64,000 nt of DNA from Dictyostelium discoideum (taxonomy: Eukaryota): positions 2,432,001 to 2,496,000 of the forward strand of contig CM000154.2 of NCBI GenBank assembly GCA_000004695.1, written 5' to 3'. Position 1 is the stretch's first letter. Every line of letters begins with the position of its first letter. The notes beneath the pieces are model-generated. The model saw only the letters and a list, made by a program, of their open reading frames with translations. It did no database searches and was not told the origin of the DNA. Below, piece after piece: positions 41,404 to 55,628 of this stretch. The position numbers and the translations under genes were made by a program.

Positions 41404-44400
41404 AAATTACTAAAACCAAAAAAATATTTATTAAAAAAAAAAAAAAAATACAGGATCATTTGGTGTTTTGTATGCAATGATCAAAGGAAATACATTCCCA
41501 AGAATATTAACTATCTTAAGTATGCTAATTGAGTTTTGCCGTATGTATAAATATAATTTTAATTTTTTTTTTTTTTTCTTTTTCACTTTTTTTTTAGTTT
41601 TCAATTTTTTTTTTTTTTTTTCAATGTTAGAGTTTTAATGAATAAAATTATTTAACTCTTTTAAATTTTATATCAATGAAATAGAATTATCATCATTTGG
41701 TTTTAAACATCAATATCCATGGGGTGGAGATGCTGGATAGTAAGTATTAATTTTTTTTTTATTATTATTTTAAAAAGAAAAATATTAATACTAACATTGT
41801 ATTAATTTTAAAAAGTTATTTAAAAAGAATTATGTCACCAGTAAGCCATCCATCAGATGTATTTGGTTACTTGGGATTTACAATTTTATTTTGGATTGCT
41901 GTTGGTTTATTGATTTTGGGTTTTTTAAATATTTGGTATGTTGCATATCAATTTTATCGTGGTAAAATTGCAAATATTTGGATTATTAGAACTCTTCGTT
42001 GGTTTGTAAGTTTCTCAGTGGCTGTATTATTTATTCCAATCATTTCCTTACTTTTAATTGGTTTGGATTGTGAAGGATCAAGTGAAGGTACCATCTTAAG
42101 AAAGTTTGACAATGAAACCATTCAATGCTTTAGAGGTGCAAATTTACCAATTGCCGTAATTTCAATTATTTTAATTGTAGTTTTCAGTATTGTTGCCTTT
42201 ACATCTAGTGCAACCTATTATGAATATGATACAAATGTTAAATCAAGATTTTCAAAACCACATGCAAGAGTAAGAAATATTATTATTATTATTATTATTT
42301 CTTTTTTAAATAATTTTATTAATTTTTATATATTTTTTTTTTTTTTTATAAAAAATATTTTTTAGTTTGATGTAACAGTTTTATTTGCAAAATTTGTGTT
42401 TGCATTTTTCAATTCATTAGTCGATTTTGTACCATGGTTAACATCAATAACATTTTTTGTTTTTATGGTGATATTAACTTTTGGATCAATTATTGTTTTA
42501 CCATATAATAATCAAAGATTAAATCAAGTTAGAAGTGGATTCTATACAGTTGTTCTTTGGGTATCATTTATGACATTGGTAACTATGGGTATTAATGATG
42601 AAACATCACCAGCTACATGTTATATTACAATTGTTGGTGTATTCTTTGCTTTTCCAATTGGATTTTTCTCAAATATGTTTTATTTCAAATGGTTATCATC
42701 AAAAGTTTCCGATATTCAAATTTTAAATCAAAGTCCAAGTATGGATCTTAAAGATGCCAATAAAAAAGGTAAACGTAATAGTGTTGAAAAAGAATCATCA
42801 CCAACATCAAAAGTAACATGGGGTAAACAACCAATTACATTGGGTAGTAAAAGACAAATCATTTTCCCATTCTTTAAAAAGAAGTTTGTAATGTCATTCT
42901 TTGTTGAAATCATGGCAAGATCAATATTAAATAATAACAATGAAGGTGTTTCAAGTAGTTCAAATGAGTCAATTGAACGTGCAAATAATCTTTATCAATG
43001 TGGTCTTCAATATTTCCCAAATTCAGATTTATTATGGATGGCATATTGTAACTTTTTATTCACAGTTAGAAAAGATAGACATATTGGTTATGCTGCATTA
43101 GAAAAACTTAGAAGAATGAAACCATCATTCGATGTTCGTTTCTTCATTTATCAACGTGATAAAGAAAGAGAACAAATTATGGATTCAGATTTACGTGGTC
43201 CAGAACATACAGGTAAAATTCAAGATTTTGTCAGTTACATGGAATTTAAAAAACTTTATTATGGTGCTAAAAGACATCATGTTAAATGTTTAAATTATAT
43301 TAAAAGATTTTGGGGTCATTTATTACATGAAACAGTTGATCTTCATCGTTTATCAGATTTATCAGGTCGTATTGCAACAACTGAAAATAAAGCAAATGAA
43401 AGTTATGAACGTTTGTTAGCACTCAATCCAAATTCAGTTAGAGTACTTCGTGATTATTCTCAATTCCTTGAAGAAGTTGTAAAAGATAAAGAATCATCAT
43501 ATAAATTACAAAAGAAAGCAGAAGCAATCGAAGATATCATGAGTAAAAGTCAAACAACTGATTTTAAAATTAGTGATATTAAAGCAATTGATTCCGATGA
43601 GGATGATATTGAAAAAACTCTTCAAGAACCAACAGCAATTCAATTGGCAAAGATTGATGCAGATATTGAAAAATCAGGATCAAAATCAGGATCATCAAAA
43701 TCAAAAGATGATTCATCAGAATCAAGTAGTTCATCAAAAGGTAGAAGAGGCAAATATAAGGAATTCCAACAAAGTAATGCAATTAACAAACTTTCATGGT
43801 TAATGATTGGTACAACATGTTGTTGTATTATATTTTTAATTGTTGTATTGGTTGTATTCAGAGGATTAGAAGTTAAACATACCAATGCATATCAAGGTAT
43901 CATTTCAATCACAGATTGTGCCAATGAAGCAGTTCAAATGGGTATGCATTTAAATGCAATGCAAGCATATGCTTTGGTTGCTGGTGTTGGTAATAATACA
44001 GTTGAAGCATCATTAATTGAAATTGCTAGAAGAAGAGCTTTGGTTAAAAGAGGCATTATCATTATGAAGAATATTCATGATGCAATTTATTGGGGTGAAG
44101 GTAATCCAGTTAGTTATGTTGGTGATAATTTATCCCAATTGAAAGCAAGAGATGGTTATGATATTTTCGATATTGGTTCAGTAATTTTCACATTTGATCA
44201 ATTCAATCGTTCAAGTACTTTATTGGATAATAAACAAATGATTGAACTTTACAGTCAGCCATCAGTCAATATGTCGGTTTTAGTTGCACCACCAGGTTCT
44301 AATACAACTTCACTCTATACTCAAACTTATAACGCTTGGAAAGCTGGTAATGCTTTCATTGAAAGTGCAATGCTTGCTAGTGATGTTACATTTGATGAGC

Positions 44401-44820
44401 TTAGATACTCTGTCAACCAAAATCCAAATTTCAAATTTGTAACAATTAACGCCCCAGTAATTATGCCAGATATTTATAATAAGGTTCAAACAGCTTATAT
44501 CGATTCATTGGTTTCCGATATCACTGGTACATTAGATGCAATTCTCTATACTTGGTGTGGTATTTTCGCTGTACTCTTTTTAATTTGTGCCGTTTTATTC
44601 CGTCCAATTGTTAGAAAGATTTCTCGTGAAAAGATTCGTACACTTGTATTATTTTCATTGGCACCAAAAGATGTTGTTGTTAAACTTTCAACAAAGAAAA
44701 TTAAAATGGTTAGTTTAGATAGTGGTAGTGAACGTGATAATCTTTTCGATACAACAGATGATGATGGACGTGATGATCATCTTGGAGAAGATGACAACAA
44801 TATTCAAACCCCAGTTGGTG

Positions 44821-44854
<34 letters not shown>

Positions 44855-45932
44855 TAACAATAATAATGGTTCAATATCATCAAACGTTACAAAATCAGAT
44901 GGAGAAATTGGTTCAGATGGTGTTCGTAGTAGTAGTGGTAGTAATGTTTTAAATACATCATCACCATATAGAGATAGACGTCCATTAATGGATTCAACTA
45001 GTGTTTTGGCATCAACAGCAACATTAAATAATAGAAATGTAAGATTACAAGCTAAAGATGAAGAAATAACTAATGGTGGTGGTGAAAGAAAAGGTAGTGA
45101 TGCAACAAGAACAGCTCTTTCAGAGGATAAAAAATATGGTTGGGATGGAAAGAGTAAAAGAAATTTAAATAAGAAATCACTTAAATCAATTTTAGGTCGT
45201 CTTCATTGGAGTTATATCCTTGCTACATTCTTATTGTTTGGTTTCATCACTATGGGCATTTGGGTAACATTCACTGTCGTATTTAATAATTCTCAATCTG
45301 GTTATACATTGGGTAAAAGTTGTTCAAGATCATTGAATAGTCGTGTCATCAATTATTATGTTGCCGAATTGTATACCTATAGTCAATATGTAAGTACTCA
45401 AAATATGGTTGATGCAATCACAGAATTACAAAGCAGTCATCAATCATTGCCATACCTTGAAGAGGTTAGACCATTGATGGAAGGTTCATACGGTTGTTGG
45501 GCACTTAATAAAAGTACTTGTCTTCCACCATCCTCTATGTACTATGAAGAAGTTAATAGTGGATTGGATAGAGTTGTTGACAGTTTGGCAAAGAAAGCAA
45601 TTAATTTGGCTTATACCGATCAAGCTGCCTTATTAGATAGTCCAGATTTACAATGGTTCTTAGCACTCATCGATTATATTTTCATTGGTCTTGACACTGC
45701 AACCTTCACTTATTTCGACTATTTCTTAGAAAAACAAGAATGGGCAAATACAGTTTTAACCGCTATTCTATCTGTTAGTTGTGTTATTCTATTGGTAGTT
45801 CATGTAGTATTATTTAGACCATTTATGAATCATCTTAGAATTCAACATATTCATACTTTAGCCTTATTACGTTTAGCTCCTGATGATATTAGATATATGG
45901 AAGTTAGTGATAAAGTTATTGATGAAGATTAA
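41231..45932 (+). CDS. Large multipass membrane protein, paralog B (tandem duplicate of 35250..40115). Core join(41832..42269,42366..45932); probable 5' exons 41231..41318, 41454..41540, 41685..41739, joined via acceptor 41816.
   Basis: Same architecture and splice positions as paralog A: GTAAGA donor after ...KPHAR, and acceptor tttAG|TTTGATGTAACAGTT giving FDVTVLFAKFVFAFFNSLVDFVPW. The upstream mini-exons encode MSSTKSGSSKYSSGSSISLIMGFSRSLEKG / SFGVLYAMIKGNTFPRILTILSMLIEFC / QLSSFGFKHQYPWGGDAG, almost identical to copy A. Confidence 0.6.
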
Positions 45933-46123
45933 AAAAAAAAAAAAAAAAATAATATATTAAAAAAAAAAAAAAAAAATGTATATATAAAATTTTAATAAAA
46001 AAAAAAAAACAAAATAAAAATGTATAGAATCTTTTTGTAAAAATTAATTATATTATTTATTTTAATTACTTTTTTTTATTTGTTTTTTTTATTTTATTTT
46101 TTATTTTTTATTTTTTTTTATCT

Positions 46124-47050
46124 TTAATAATTAAAAAATAAAAATGAAGGGTCACAATAAAAAACTAAACAACCATTTGGATACGAGGGTATTGAAGTTA
46201 AACTATAACCCTTTGGACAACTTGGGGCAATTGAAGAACTACATTTTTCTGGTGATATTGGAGCGCATTCAAAGAAAATATAACAATGATTAAAACTTCT
46301 GACATATGTTGCAATTAAACCAGATACACATCTAATTTCTTGAATTTTCTTTGGACAGTTATTTGAATTTGTTAAACTAATAAATAAATTATCAATATTA
46401 TATTCATATTTTGGTTTCCAATCTACATTTTTTATAATTTCATAATTTTCATCATAATATTCAGAGTTTGTTTCATTATTTGTTATGGTTACTGAATTTA
46501 CAGTAAATACGGAATTTCCAGTATTAATTAAATATTCCATCCAATTTGTTTGAATATTTTTAACATTTTTTGGATAATCTTGATATACAAGTGTTTTAAA
46601 TCTATTTTTTTCATCATTTTCATTTAATTGAGGTACTAATAAATTATGAGGATTACCCAAAGTATAAAATTGGGTATCTTTTGTTAAATTGAAAGTTTTA
46701 CCAGGCATTGGCATTAATCTATAGATATTGTGAGCTTCTGCAGTATCAACATCGTTTTGATAATCTCTATTTAAAATACCTCTAAAAACTATATGATAAG
46801 GTGGAGCATTTCTAATTTTATTTTCATTTACAACACCAATATCATCTTGTTGATTAATTTCTGAAACATAAATTTCCATCTCTTCTTTACCTGTATTTAA
46901 TTCCTTTACAAAATAACCACCACATCCAGGTTTTTCATAATTATCACATCTTCTTGTATCAGTTCTTGCTGCATAGTATTTAAAATCATCATTACATTTA
47001 ATTTTAAATATTAAATTAAATAAAATTAAAATAATAAATTTTATTTTCAT
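46124..47050 (-). CDS. Secreted Cys-containing hypothetical protein (308 aa).
   Basis: Single exon starting at ATG 47050. N-terminal signal peptide (MKIKFIILILFNLIFKIKC), multiple Cys, no recognizable domain. Confidence 0.55.
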   Translation of the reverse strand: MKIKFIILILFNLIFKIKCNDDFKYYAARTDTRRCDNYEKPGCGGYFVKELNTGKEEMEIYVSEINQQDDIGVVNENKIRNAPPYHIVFRGILNRDYQNDVDTAEAHNIYRLMPMPGKTFNLTKDTQFYTLGNPHNLLVPQLNENDEKNRFKTLVYQDYPKNVKNIQTNWMEYLINTGNSVFTVNSVTITNNETNSEYYDENYEIIKNVDWKPKYEYNIDNLFISLTNSNNCPKKIQEIRCVSGLIATYVRSFNHCYIFFECAPISPEKCSSSIAPSCPKGYSLTSIPSYPNGCLVFYCDPSFLFFNY

Positions 47051-47409
47051 CTTTTCAAATCATTTGAAAATTTAAAAAAATAATAATTTAAAAAAATTGG
47101 ATATAAAGACAATAAAAAAAAAAAAATAAAATAATAAAAAAATAAAATAAAATAACAATTATTTATTTCAAATAAAATCAACCATCTATGAAAGATTTAT
47201 ATATCATTTTTTTTTTCCAAAATGTTGTATAATAAATTACCCCCACGAACACACACTTTTCATACCCAATCTTTTTTTTTTTTTTTTTTTCTAATTATTT
47301 AATTATTTATTTATTTAATTATTTAATTATTAATTATTTATTTTGTAGATTTTTTTTTTTTTTTTTTTTTTTTTAATTATTTAATTTTTTAATTATTTAA
47401 TTTTTTAAT

Positions 47410-50400
47410 TTATTTTGTAAATTGTTTAATTTTTTCTTGTAAGGAATTAATTTGTAGCGAGAGAGAAGGAGTTAAATTTAATTCTTTTTGTAATAATATA
47501 TCAGATAAACTGAAATTTTTTAAATTAAATTGAACAACAGCAGAATAAAAATTAGTTAAGGATAGTTTTGAATTAATGGTTGATGATTCCTCTAATAAAT
47601 TTAAAGCATTCTTCATATCATTTGTGAATTGTTTTAAATTATTATTTGTTAATTTACTTGAACCAATAATTAGAATACCTTTTAATAATTTTATAACTGG
47701 ATTATCTAAATAATTATTATTATTTAAATTTTCTTCTAATAATTTTAATGAATCTTTAAATTTCTTTTGAATACAATAAATTCTAATAATTTTCGATATT
47801 GTTGTTAAAATTAAACCATTATTATTATTATTATTATAATTATTGTTATTGGTTGTTTGTTGTTTTAATACTAAAAGTGATCTATTTAAACAAAGTAAAG
47901 AAGCATCTAATTGATCATTACTTTGATAAATATCACAAAGATTATGATAGATTGGAATTGAATTTGGTTCTAATTTTAATGCATCCTTTAAAATTGATAA
48001 TGCTTTAACTTTATCGCCTTGTTTTAAAAATTTCTTTGCTTCTAGTGATAATAATACAGATTTCTTTTCATTTGTATAATTTGTTTGTTTTTGATAATTT
48101 GAAATTAGTTTATCAAATTCAGCAATATCATCAGTGGTACCACTATCACCTTCACTTGTAATTGAAAGTGCTAATTTAAATTCAAGTTCAATTAAAATTT
48201 GTTGAAATTTAAATTCTTCTGTTATTGTTGTTGTTGTTGTTGTTGTTTTTGTTAACAAATATTGTACAACATTCCAACATGATTTAGTTGATTCCCAATC
48301 CTCTTTATTATCAGTATAAAGTGAACGCCAATAAAGTAAATTTTGAAGATGAACCCAAGGTTGAATATTATTATTAGTAGTTGATAATGGATTTGAATGA
48401 ATGATACGTTTGATTATAACAATGGCATTATCTAAACATTTTGTCCAAGGTGATTGTAAATCATAAAGATTTGCTTTTGCAATGATTTCCAATTCTTTAA
48501 TAGTTGGTGGTTGTAATACTTTGTGATCAGGACCAACACTTAATTGACCCATACCAGAATATTCTTGACTTTGTTTCTTATTTAATGAATGATTTAATAA
48601 TGATAATGGTAAATTACATGGATCATTATTTTCACTATTACTATTACTATTACTATTATTAATGAAATATTTCATTTCTAAATCAGCTAAACTTGTCCAA
48701 CCAATTGGCTCTAATGGGAATAAATGAATTAATTTTTGTAATTGTTTTCTGGCTTCTTCAATTTCATTATTTAATAAATGAATTTTTGATAATAATAAAT
48801 AGCTATTGGATTCCAATTGTTCAACTGTTGTTTGTAATTTAATTAAAACATTCTTTGCTAAATCATTTTTACCACAATCAATATAGATTGCAGCTAAATA
48901 ATACCATGATTTATAGAATCTTTTGTCAATTGTTATAATTGCTTCTAAAGTTTTAACAATTGTATCAATTTGTTGTTTTTTACCACTATTATTATTATTA
49001 TTACAAGTATATTGAATCTTTGCTAATGTAAATAATAAATTTTGTTTTCTAATGGTTGCAGTTTCTAATGATTTTGGAATTTGTGAAATTGATTTCTTCA
49101 TTGCATCAATTGATTCATTTAATTTATTTAATTTACAATAAATTAATGAAACCAATTCAAATAATATACTATTTGATAATGATGGTTCTGTTGTTTGAGT
49201 TGTTGTAATATATGGTTTAATTGTTTCTAATGCTTCATCAAATTTACCTAAATAATATTGAGTTCTTGATAAATTAATTTTAACATATTTTAATTTTTCA
49301 TCATTTGAAAATTCAATACCATCATTTAATGGTTTATCAGAGAATAATATTGAACCAATTGAACAACTTGAATTATTATTATTTAATGTAATCTTTGATT
49401 CATTATCATTATCATTATTTTTAATGATGGTTTTACTACTGTTGCTACTATTTGATAATAAATTTAAAGCAGATTTAAAATATTTTTCAGAATTTTCATA
49501 ATCATTTTGATGGCTGTAAACTAAAGCTAATGAATTATTTCCTTCAATTGAATTTGGATTTAATTCAACGTATTTGTATAATACTGAATAACTAGTTTCA
49601 CTATAACCTTCTAATAATGATGTTATACCATAACCTAATAACCCTTGACCAATTGGTGATGATTCTAATGCATTATCAATATAATTATAATCTTCTCTAC
49701 CTGTTGAATTATTATTATTATTATCATTATTATTATTATTATTAATATTTTTATTACTTGATTTAACTTCATTAATTAAACCTTGCAAAGACCAAGAAAT
49801 AACAGAATCAATATTATTATTTTTGGCAATCATTAAAGATTTATCAGATTGTTCAATGAAACCATATTCAAAATATAATAAAGTTAAATTATTATATGGT
49901 TCAGATTTTGAAGAATCTAATTGAATCGATCTAATTAGGGCATGTTGACTTTGGGCAGGGAATTTGTCCATTAAAACAACACCTAATAAATTCCATAACA
50001 TTGGGTCTGATGGTGATAAATTTAAAGCTTCAACAACACATTTAATTGATGATTTTAATAAATTCTCTGTTTCTTCTTTTGTAACTTTTAAATTTTTCTC
50101 TTGTTGTTGCTTTCCTTGTTGTTTTAAATAATTTTTAAAAATAATATATTGATTATAATAACCAATTGATAAATCTTGTAATGAATGGGAATTTGAATGA
50201 ATTCTAACACAATTAAAATATGCATTTGAAGATTGTTTTGATTTTTCAATTAAATAATCATAATTATTATTATTATTACTATTACTATTGTTATTATTAT
50301 TATTTGGTAAATTTAAGAAATAACTTGAAATATCAGCATATAATCTCCATAATGAATGAAAATTATTTTCTTTTTCTAATGCAATTTTAATTGAAGATTC

Positions 50401-53114
50401 AGCTAATTCGAGATGAATTAAAGATTGACGAAAATTTCTAAATTTATATTGTTCAATAGATAATTGTAATAAACATTCAGCTTTACCTTTTAATGAAGGA
50501 ACATTATTTTCCAATTGTTTTAAAACTCTATCATATTCATTGATAGCATCATCATAGAGACCTAAAGTTTTTGATAATGTTGCAATTTGAAAATTGATAT
50601 CAGTTGCAATACGATTTTCATTATCTAAAATCTCTTCTGCCTTTTTCAAAGATTTTAAAGCTGCAACATATTTGAATTGTCTACGATATGCTTCGGCCAA
50701 TGTACGCCAATAACTCTCATTCAAAGGCTCACCCTTAATTGCATTCAATAGGGATACTACGGAATTATGTATATCTTTATTATCCATTTGATAGATTGCA
50801 AGTCTATAGAATGCCCATGAACATTTTATAACATTAATTGGGAATCTTTTAATTTGTTTAGCTGATAAACAAAAATCGGTAATCTCTTTATACAATGACA
50901 TCACCAATGAAGTTTGACCACTCTCTGCATAGATTTCACCCAACTCAAATCCTGCTTCACCATTTAAAATATCCAATTGTAAACTTTTTTGATAACATTT
51001 CTTTGATCTCTCTTTTTGACCAATCATTTTATAAAGTGTACCTAATTTTGCAAACGTATCAGAATGATTTGAATTTAATTTTGCTGATTTTAAAAATTGT
51101 TGAATTATAAATGAACAATTATCATTATTATTATCATTATTATTATTATTTTCAATTTTATTTAATTCCATTAAAACTAAACCATAAACATAATAATTTA
51201 AATAATTATTAGCAGTTTCACCATTTAATTCAATTATTTCTTTTAAATTATCTTTACTTTTAATTAATGATTCTTTTGATTCTTTTAATAAAATATCAAT
51301 CCAAATTAAATAAATTTTTGATAATTCAATAATTTTCTTATTTTGATTATTATTTTGATTATTATTTTGATTATTATTAATAATTAATTGAAATAATTCT
51401 TTTGATTTTTTATAATCTTTAATTGAATAAAAATTTAATTTACTTTGTGAAAATGTTAAATAATTAAAATGAATTGGGAATTTATTAATTAATGATTCTA
51501 ATAATGATGATGCCAATTCAAAATTACAATTGAATGATAATGATTCAACTAAAATCAATTGAAGTTTAATGAAAATATTATTAAAATAATTGGCACCACC
51601 AACTGATCTTTGTTTTTGCTCATAGACAATCATTGACTTTTTAACTATATCTCTAACACGTTCATGATTTTCAACTTTTAAATACCATTTTGATAATGCT
51701 AAATAACCTAATAATGATTCGGTACTACCTGAATTTGAAAATCCTTTCTCTATTAATTGTTTACTTTGTTCACTATAATCTTTTAATTTAAAAACTTTAT
51801 AAAATCCTAACCCTATCCAACCTAATCCCCTATTTGCATATTTATTTGTTAAAATATTTGAAATTTCATTAATTTTTTCATATAATTCATTATTATTCTT
51901 TGATTCTTGATCATCATCTTCATCATCATCATCATCATTAAAATTAAATTCTTCTTCTAATAAATTTATTAAATTTTCTAATGAATAAATTGGTGTTGAT
52001 AACATTTCATTCATTCTTTCACAATTTTCATAAATTTCTTTATAAAGTTGTTTTTGTTTTTCTTCATCTTTATTCTCTTCATTACTATAAATTCTTCTTT
52101 TACCAATTAATATTTGAATGAAATGAGTATAAATTCTTATCATTTGTTCATTTGTTAAAATATTTAAATTTATTTTTGTTAATAATTCTTCATAAACTTT
52201 TAACTATATATATATATAGTTATAAAAAATAAATAAATTAATATTAATATTACTCTATATATATATATATTGGTTTTTAATTTTTTTGGAAAAAAAAAAA
52301 AAAAATCAAATACAAACATTAAAATTATTAATTAATGATTTATTTAATTCAAATTCAATTTTATCTCTTTCTTGTTTTTGTTCAGGTGTATGTTGAATTG
52401 CACCTAATACATGTAATTTTGAGTAATCTACAATTGGTATATTCTTCTCACGTAATTTTTCATCGATTTTAGTTTTTAAAGTGTTTAAATAGTATTGATA
52501 ATTTGCATCTTCAAATTTTTCTAATAATTTAATTCTATCTATTTTTGATGATTCACTATCATTTTCTCCATCATCACTACTTTTTTCATTTTCAAATAAA
52601 ATTGGTGAAATCAAATCAATTGTAGTTTTATAATCTTTTAAAAAGTAACTAATTTCAATTAATCTAAATACCAATTCTTTTTTTTTTTGTTTATCTGTTG
52701 TTAATGGAATTAATTCTTTTAATGTGTTTGATAATTTATCATTTTCATTTGTTTTATTATATAATTCTAGTAAACCCTAATTTATTTTATTTTATTTTAT
52801 TTTATTTTATTTTAAATTTTAATATTTATAAGTTTATTTTGTTTCAAAGAAAAAAGGAAAAAGAAAAAAAAAAAAATTTAACTAATTACCCTTAATGGAA
52901 CTGGTGAATTCTGTATTTTTAATGCAGCAATATATGATTTTTCAGCAGCAGCTAAATTATTTAAATTAAAATTTGAAACACCTAAAAAAAGATGAATCAT
53001 GAAATTTTGATCATCATATTGTACTATCTCATTACAATTTTCTAATGCTGTCTTATAATCTTTTTTATCAATAGCCTCCCTTGTCTCTTTTAATTTACTT
53101 TTAATATAGTCCAT
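47410..53114 (-). CDS. TPR-repeat protein, Ski3/TTC37-like (superkiller complex scaffold), ~1825 aa. complement(join(47410..52203,52318..52776,52890..53114)).
   Basis: Exon 1 (MDYIKSKLKETREAIDKKDYKTALENCNEIVQYDDQNFMIHLFLGVSNF...) is a TPR-like N-terminus typical of Ski3. It has a GTAATT donor after ...SPVPLR and acceptor ttAG 52778-52777. Exon 2 has an in-frame open extension upstream of the track ORF (its 'M' is TTG). The weak GTTTGT donor after ...LINNFN and acceptor tatAG 52205-52204 join to LKVYEELLTK...MIRIY... Exon 3 is ~4.8 kb of TPR/helical repeats. Confidence 0.65.
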
Positions 53115-53180
53115 TATGGATGTATAAATAAATTATTAATTTTTTTAAAAAAAAAAAAAAAAAAAAAAGGTGGTTTGTGG

Positions 53181-53218
<38 letters not shown>

Positions 53219-53426
53219 TGATCATTGAGAAAAAATTAAAAAAAAAAAAAAAAAATAAAAAAAAAAAAAAAATAAAAAATAAAAAACAAAAAATTAATAA
53301 TAATTATGAATCATGGCCCTCAGTAAATCTACAAGCTTAGAAAGAAAAATCCAAAGTGGATAAGTGGAATTGAAAAATTGGAAGCATTTCATTTTAATGT
53401 TTATAAAAGGAAATTATAATAATTAT

Positions 53427-53465
<39 letters not shown>

Positions 53466-53942
53466 ATAATAGTAAAAATAATAAAAATAATAAAAAATAA
53501 CAACAAAATAACAATAGTTGTAAAAAAACAAATAACAATACTATTAAAAACCTAATTATCACAATAATTAAAAAAAATAACAAATATTAATTTCAAACAC
53601 TTAATTTAAATTTCTTAGTTTTTTATTAAAAAAAAAAAAAAAAAAATTAAAAAGGTAATACATTTAAGGAAAGAAAGATTAATTGTAAAAAACTCATATT
53701 TTTTTTATTTATTTTTGAAAAAAAACAAAAAAAATAATAAAAGAGTTCGTTGAAAAAACATTTTTTTATTTTTATTATTATTTTTATTTAAAAAAAAAAA
53801 AAAAAAAAATCGATTGCATATTCTTTTAAAATTCTGAAAAAAATATCTTTTTTTTTTTTGGTTTTTAAAAGTTTTTTTTTTTTTTTTTTTTAATAACACA
53901 CAAAAAATTATTTTGTAATAATAAAATTATTTGTACAATAAA

Positions 53943-55524
53943 ATGACTCAATTTATTGATAGAAATCAATCATATAAATTAAGAAACTCTACATTATTTC
54001 CACACGATATAACAATTGAAGATTGTCGTGAAGGTAAGCATTTTTTTTATTTTTTTTTATTTTTATTATTTGAAAACCTCAACATATTAATATTTTTCTT
54101 TTTTTTTTTTCTTTTATAGCCATAAAAGATGCAGCTGGATTCAGAGAAACAACAAAAAATGGATTAATTTGTTTTAATTATGATTTTTGTTTTAAAGATT
54201 CATTCCCAAATCCAGATATTGAACCAGATGATAAAAAAGCATTCCTTTATAAAGTAAGAAGAGAATGTAGAGGTTTAATTTTCAATGAAGCAACAAGTGA
54301 AATTGTTTGTAGAAAATTACATAAATTCTTTAACATAAATGAACAACAAGAAACAAAAGAAGTAAGTTTTATTTTATTTATTTTATTTATTTAAATAATA
54401 ATATTAATTTATTTTTTTTTTTTTTATTTTTTATATTTTTTATAATTTTTTTTTAAAAAAAAAAGGAATTAATTAAATTAGATGAGAATTTCATTGTATT
54501 AGAAAAATTAGATGGTTCATTAATTGCACCAATTTTAATTAATGGTAAAGCAGCATGGGGATCAAAGAGTGGTATTACAGATTTAACAATTAAAGTTGAA
54601 AAACATATTCAATTAAAATTAAAAGATAATAATATTAGATATGATGATTTCGCATTAGAATGGATGTTAAAAGGTTATACACCATTATTTGAATGGTGTT
54701 CAGAATCAAATCAAATCGTATTATATTATGCAATTGATAATTTAAATTTAATAGCCATGAGAAATATGAAAACTGGTGAATATTTAACTCATGATGAGAT
54801 GGTAAAGATTACAGCACCATTCAATGTACCAGTGGTAACATGTGTTGATTTAAAATCACATACACATTTCTCAAAGCTTTATAGTGAATTAAATGGTGCT
54901 GATAAGAGCATCACCACCACCTCTGAAGAATTTATAAATACAGGCGCATCAAAATTATTGAAAATTGTATTAGGCTTAGAGAATTGTGAAGGTTATATAT
55001 TAAAATTCGATTCAGGTAAGACCTATAAGATGAAGAGTAATTGGTATTTCGAGTACCATTCAATTGCACCAAATATTAAATATGTTTTAGAAAAGGATGT
55101 TTTCTATTTAATTTTAAATGATGGTTTAGGTGGTATCGATGATATTATTGCAAAGATCACTGCTTCAGGACCTGTACCACAAAGATATTACCAAATTCAA
55201 GAGTTTGGTAAAGAATTATTACAAAAACTTGAAGATTTATCTATTAGAGTCATTCAATTCATTAAAGAATCAAAATCACAAGGAAAATTAAGAAAACATA
55301 TCTCCTCTGATAATTCGGTTTCAAATGCTTTCAAAAACTTTGTTTTTAGATTTTATGATTCAGTTGAAGCAAATGATAAAGTTACAAAACATATTGGTGA
55401 TGTTTCAAAACATATAATGGAAAAATTAAAACTTCTTTGCACTAATTCTTCTAAATTAGAAGAATGTAGAATTATTCTTGGTGGTATTAAATTTACTGAA
55501 GATAAGCCAAAATTATCTGATTAA
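53943..55524 (+). CDS. ATP-dependent RNA ligase, T4 Rnl-like nucleotidyltransferase. join(53943..54033,54120..54361,54466..55524).
   Basis: GTAAGC donor at 54034 and acceptor AG 54118-54119. GTAAGT donor at 54362 and acceptor AG 54464-54465. Exon 3 begins ELIKLDENFIVLEKLDGSLIAPIL, i.e. covalent-nucleotidyltransferase motif I (K-x-D-G-S-L, as in T4 Rnl1 KEDGSL). RGLIF and ILKFDSGKTYKMK further downstream are compatible with motifs III-V. The first track 'M' (53931) is TTG; the real ATG is at 53943. Confidence 0.6.
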
Positions 55525-55551
55525 TTAAAAAAAAAAATAAATAAAAATAAT

Positions 55552-55628
<77 letters not shown>

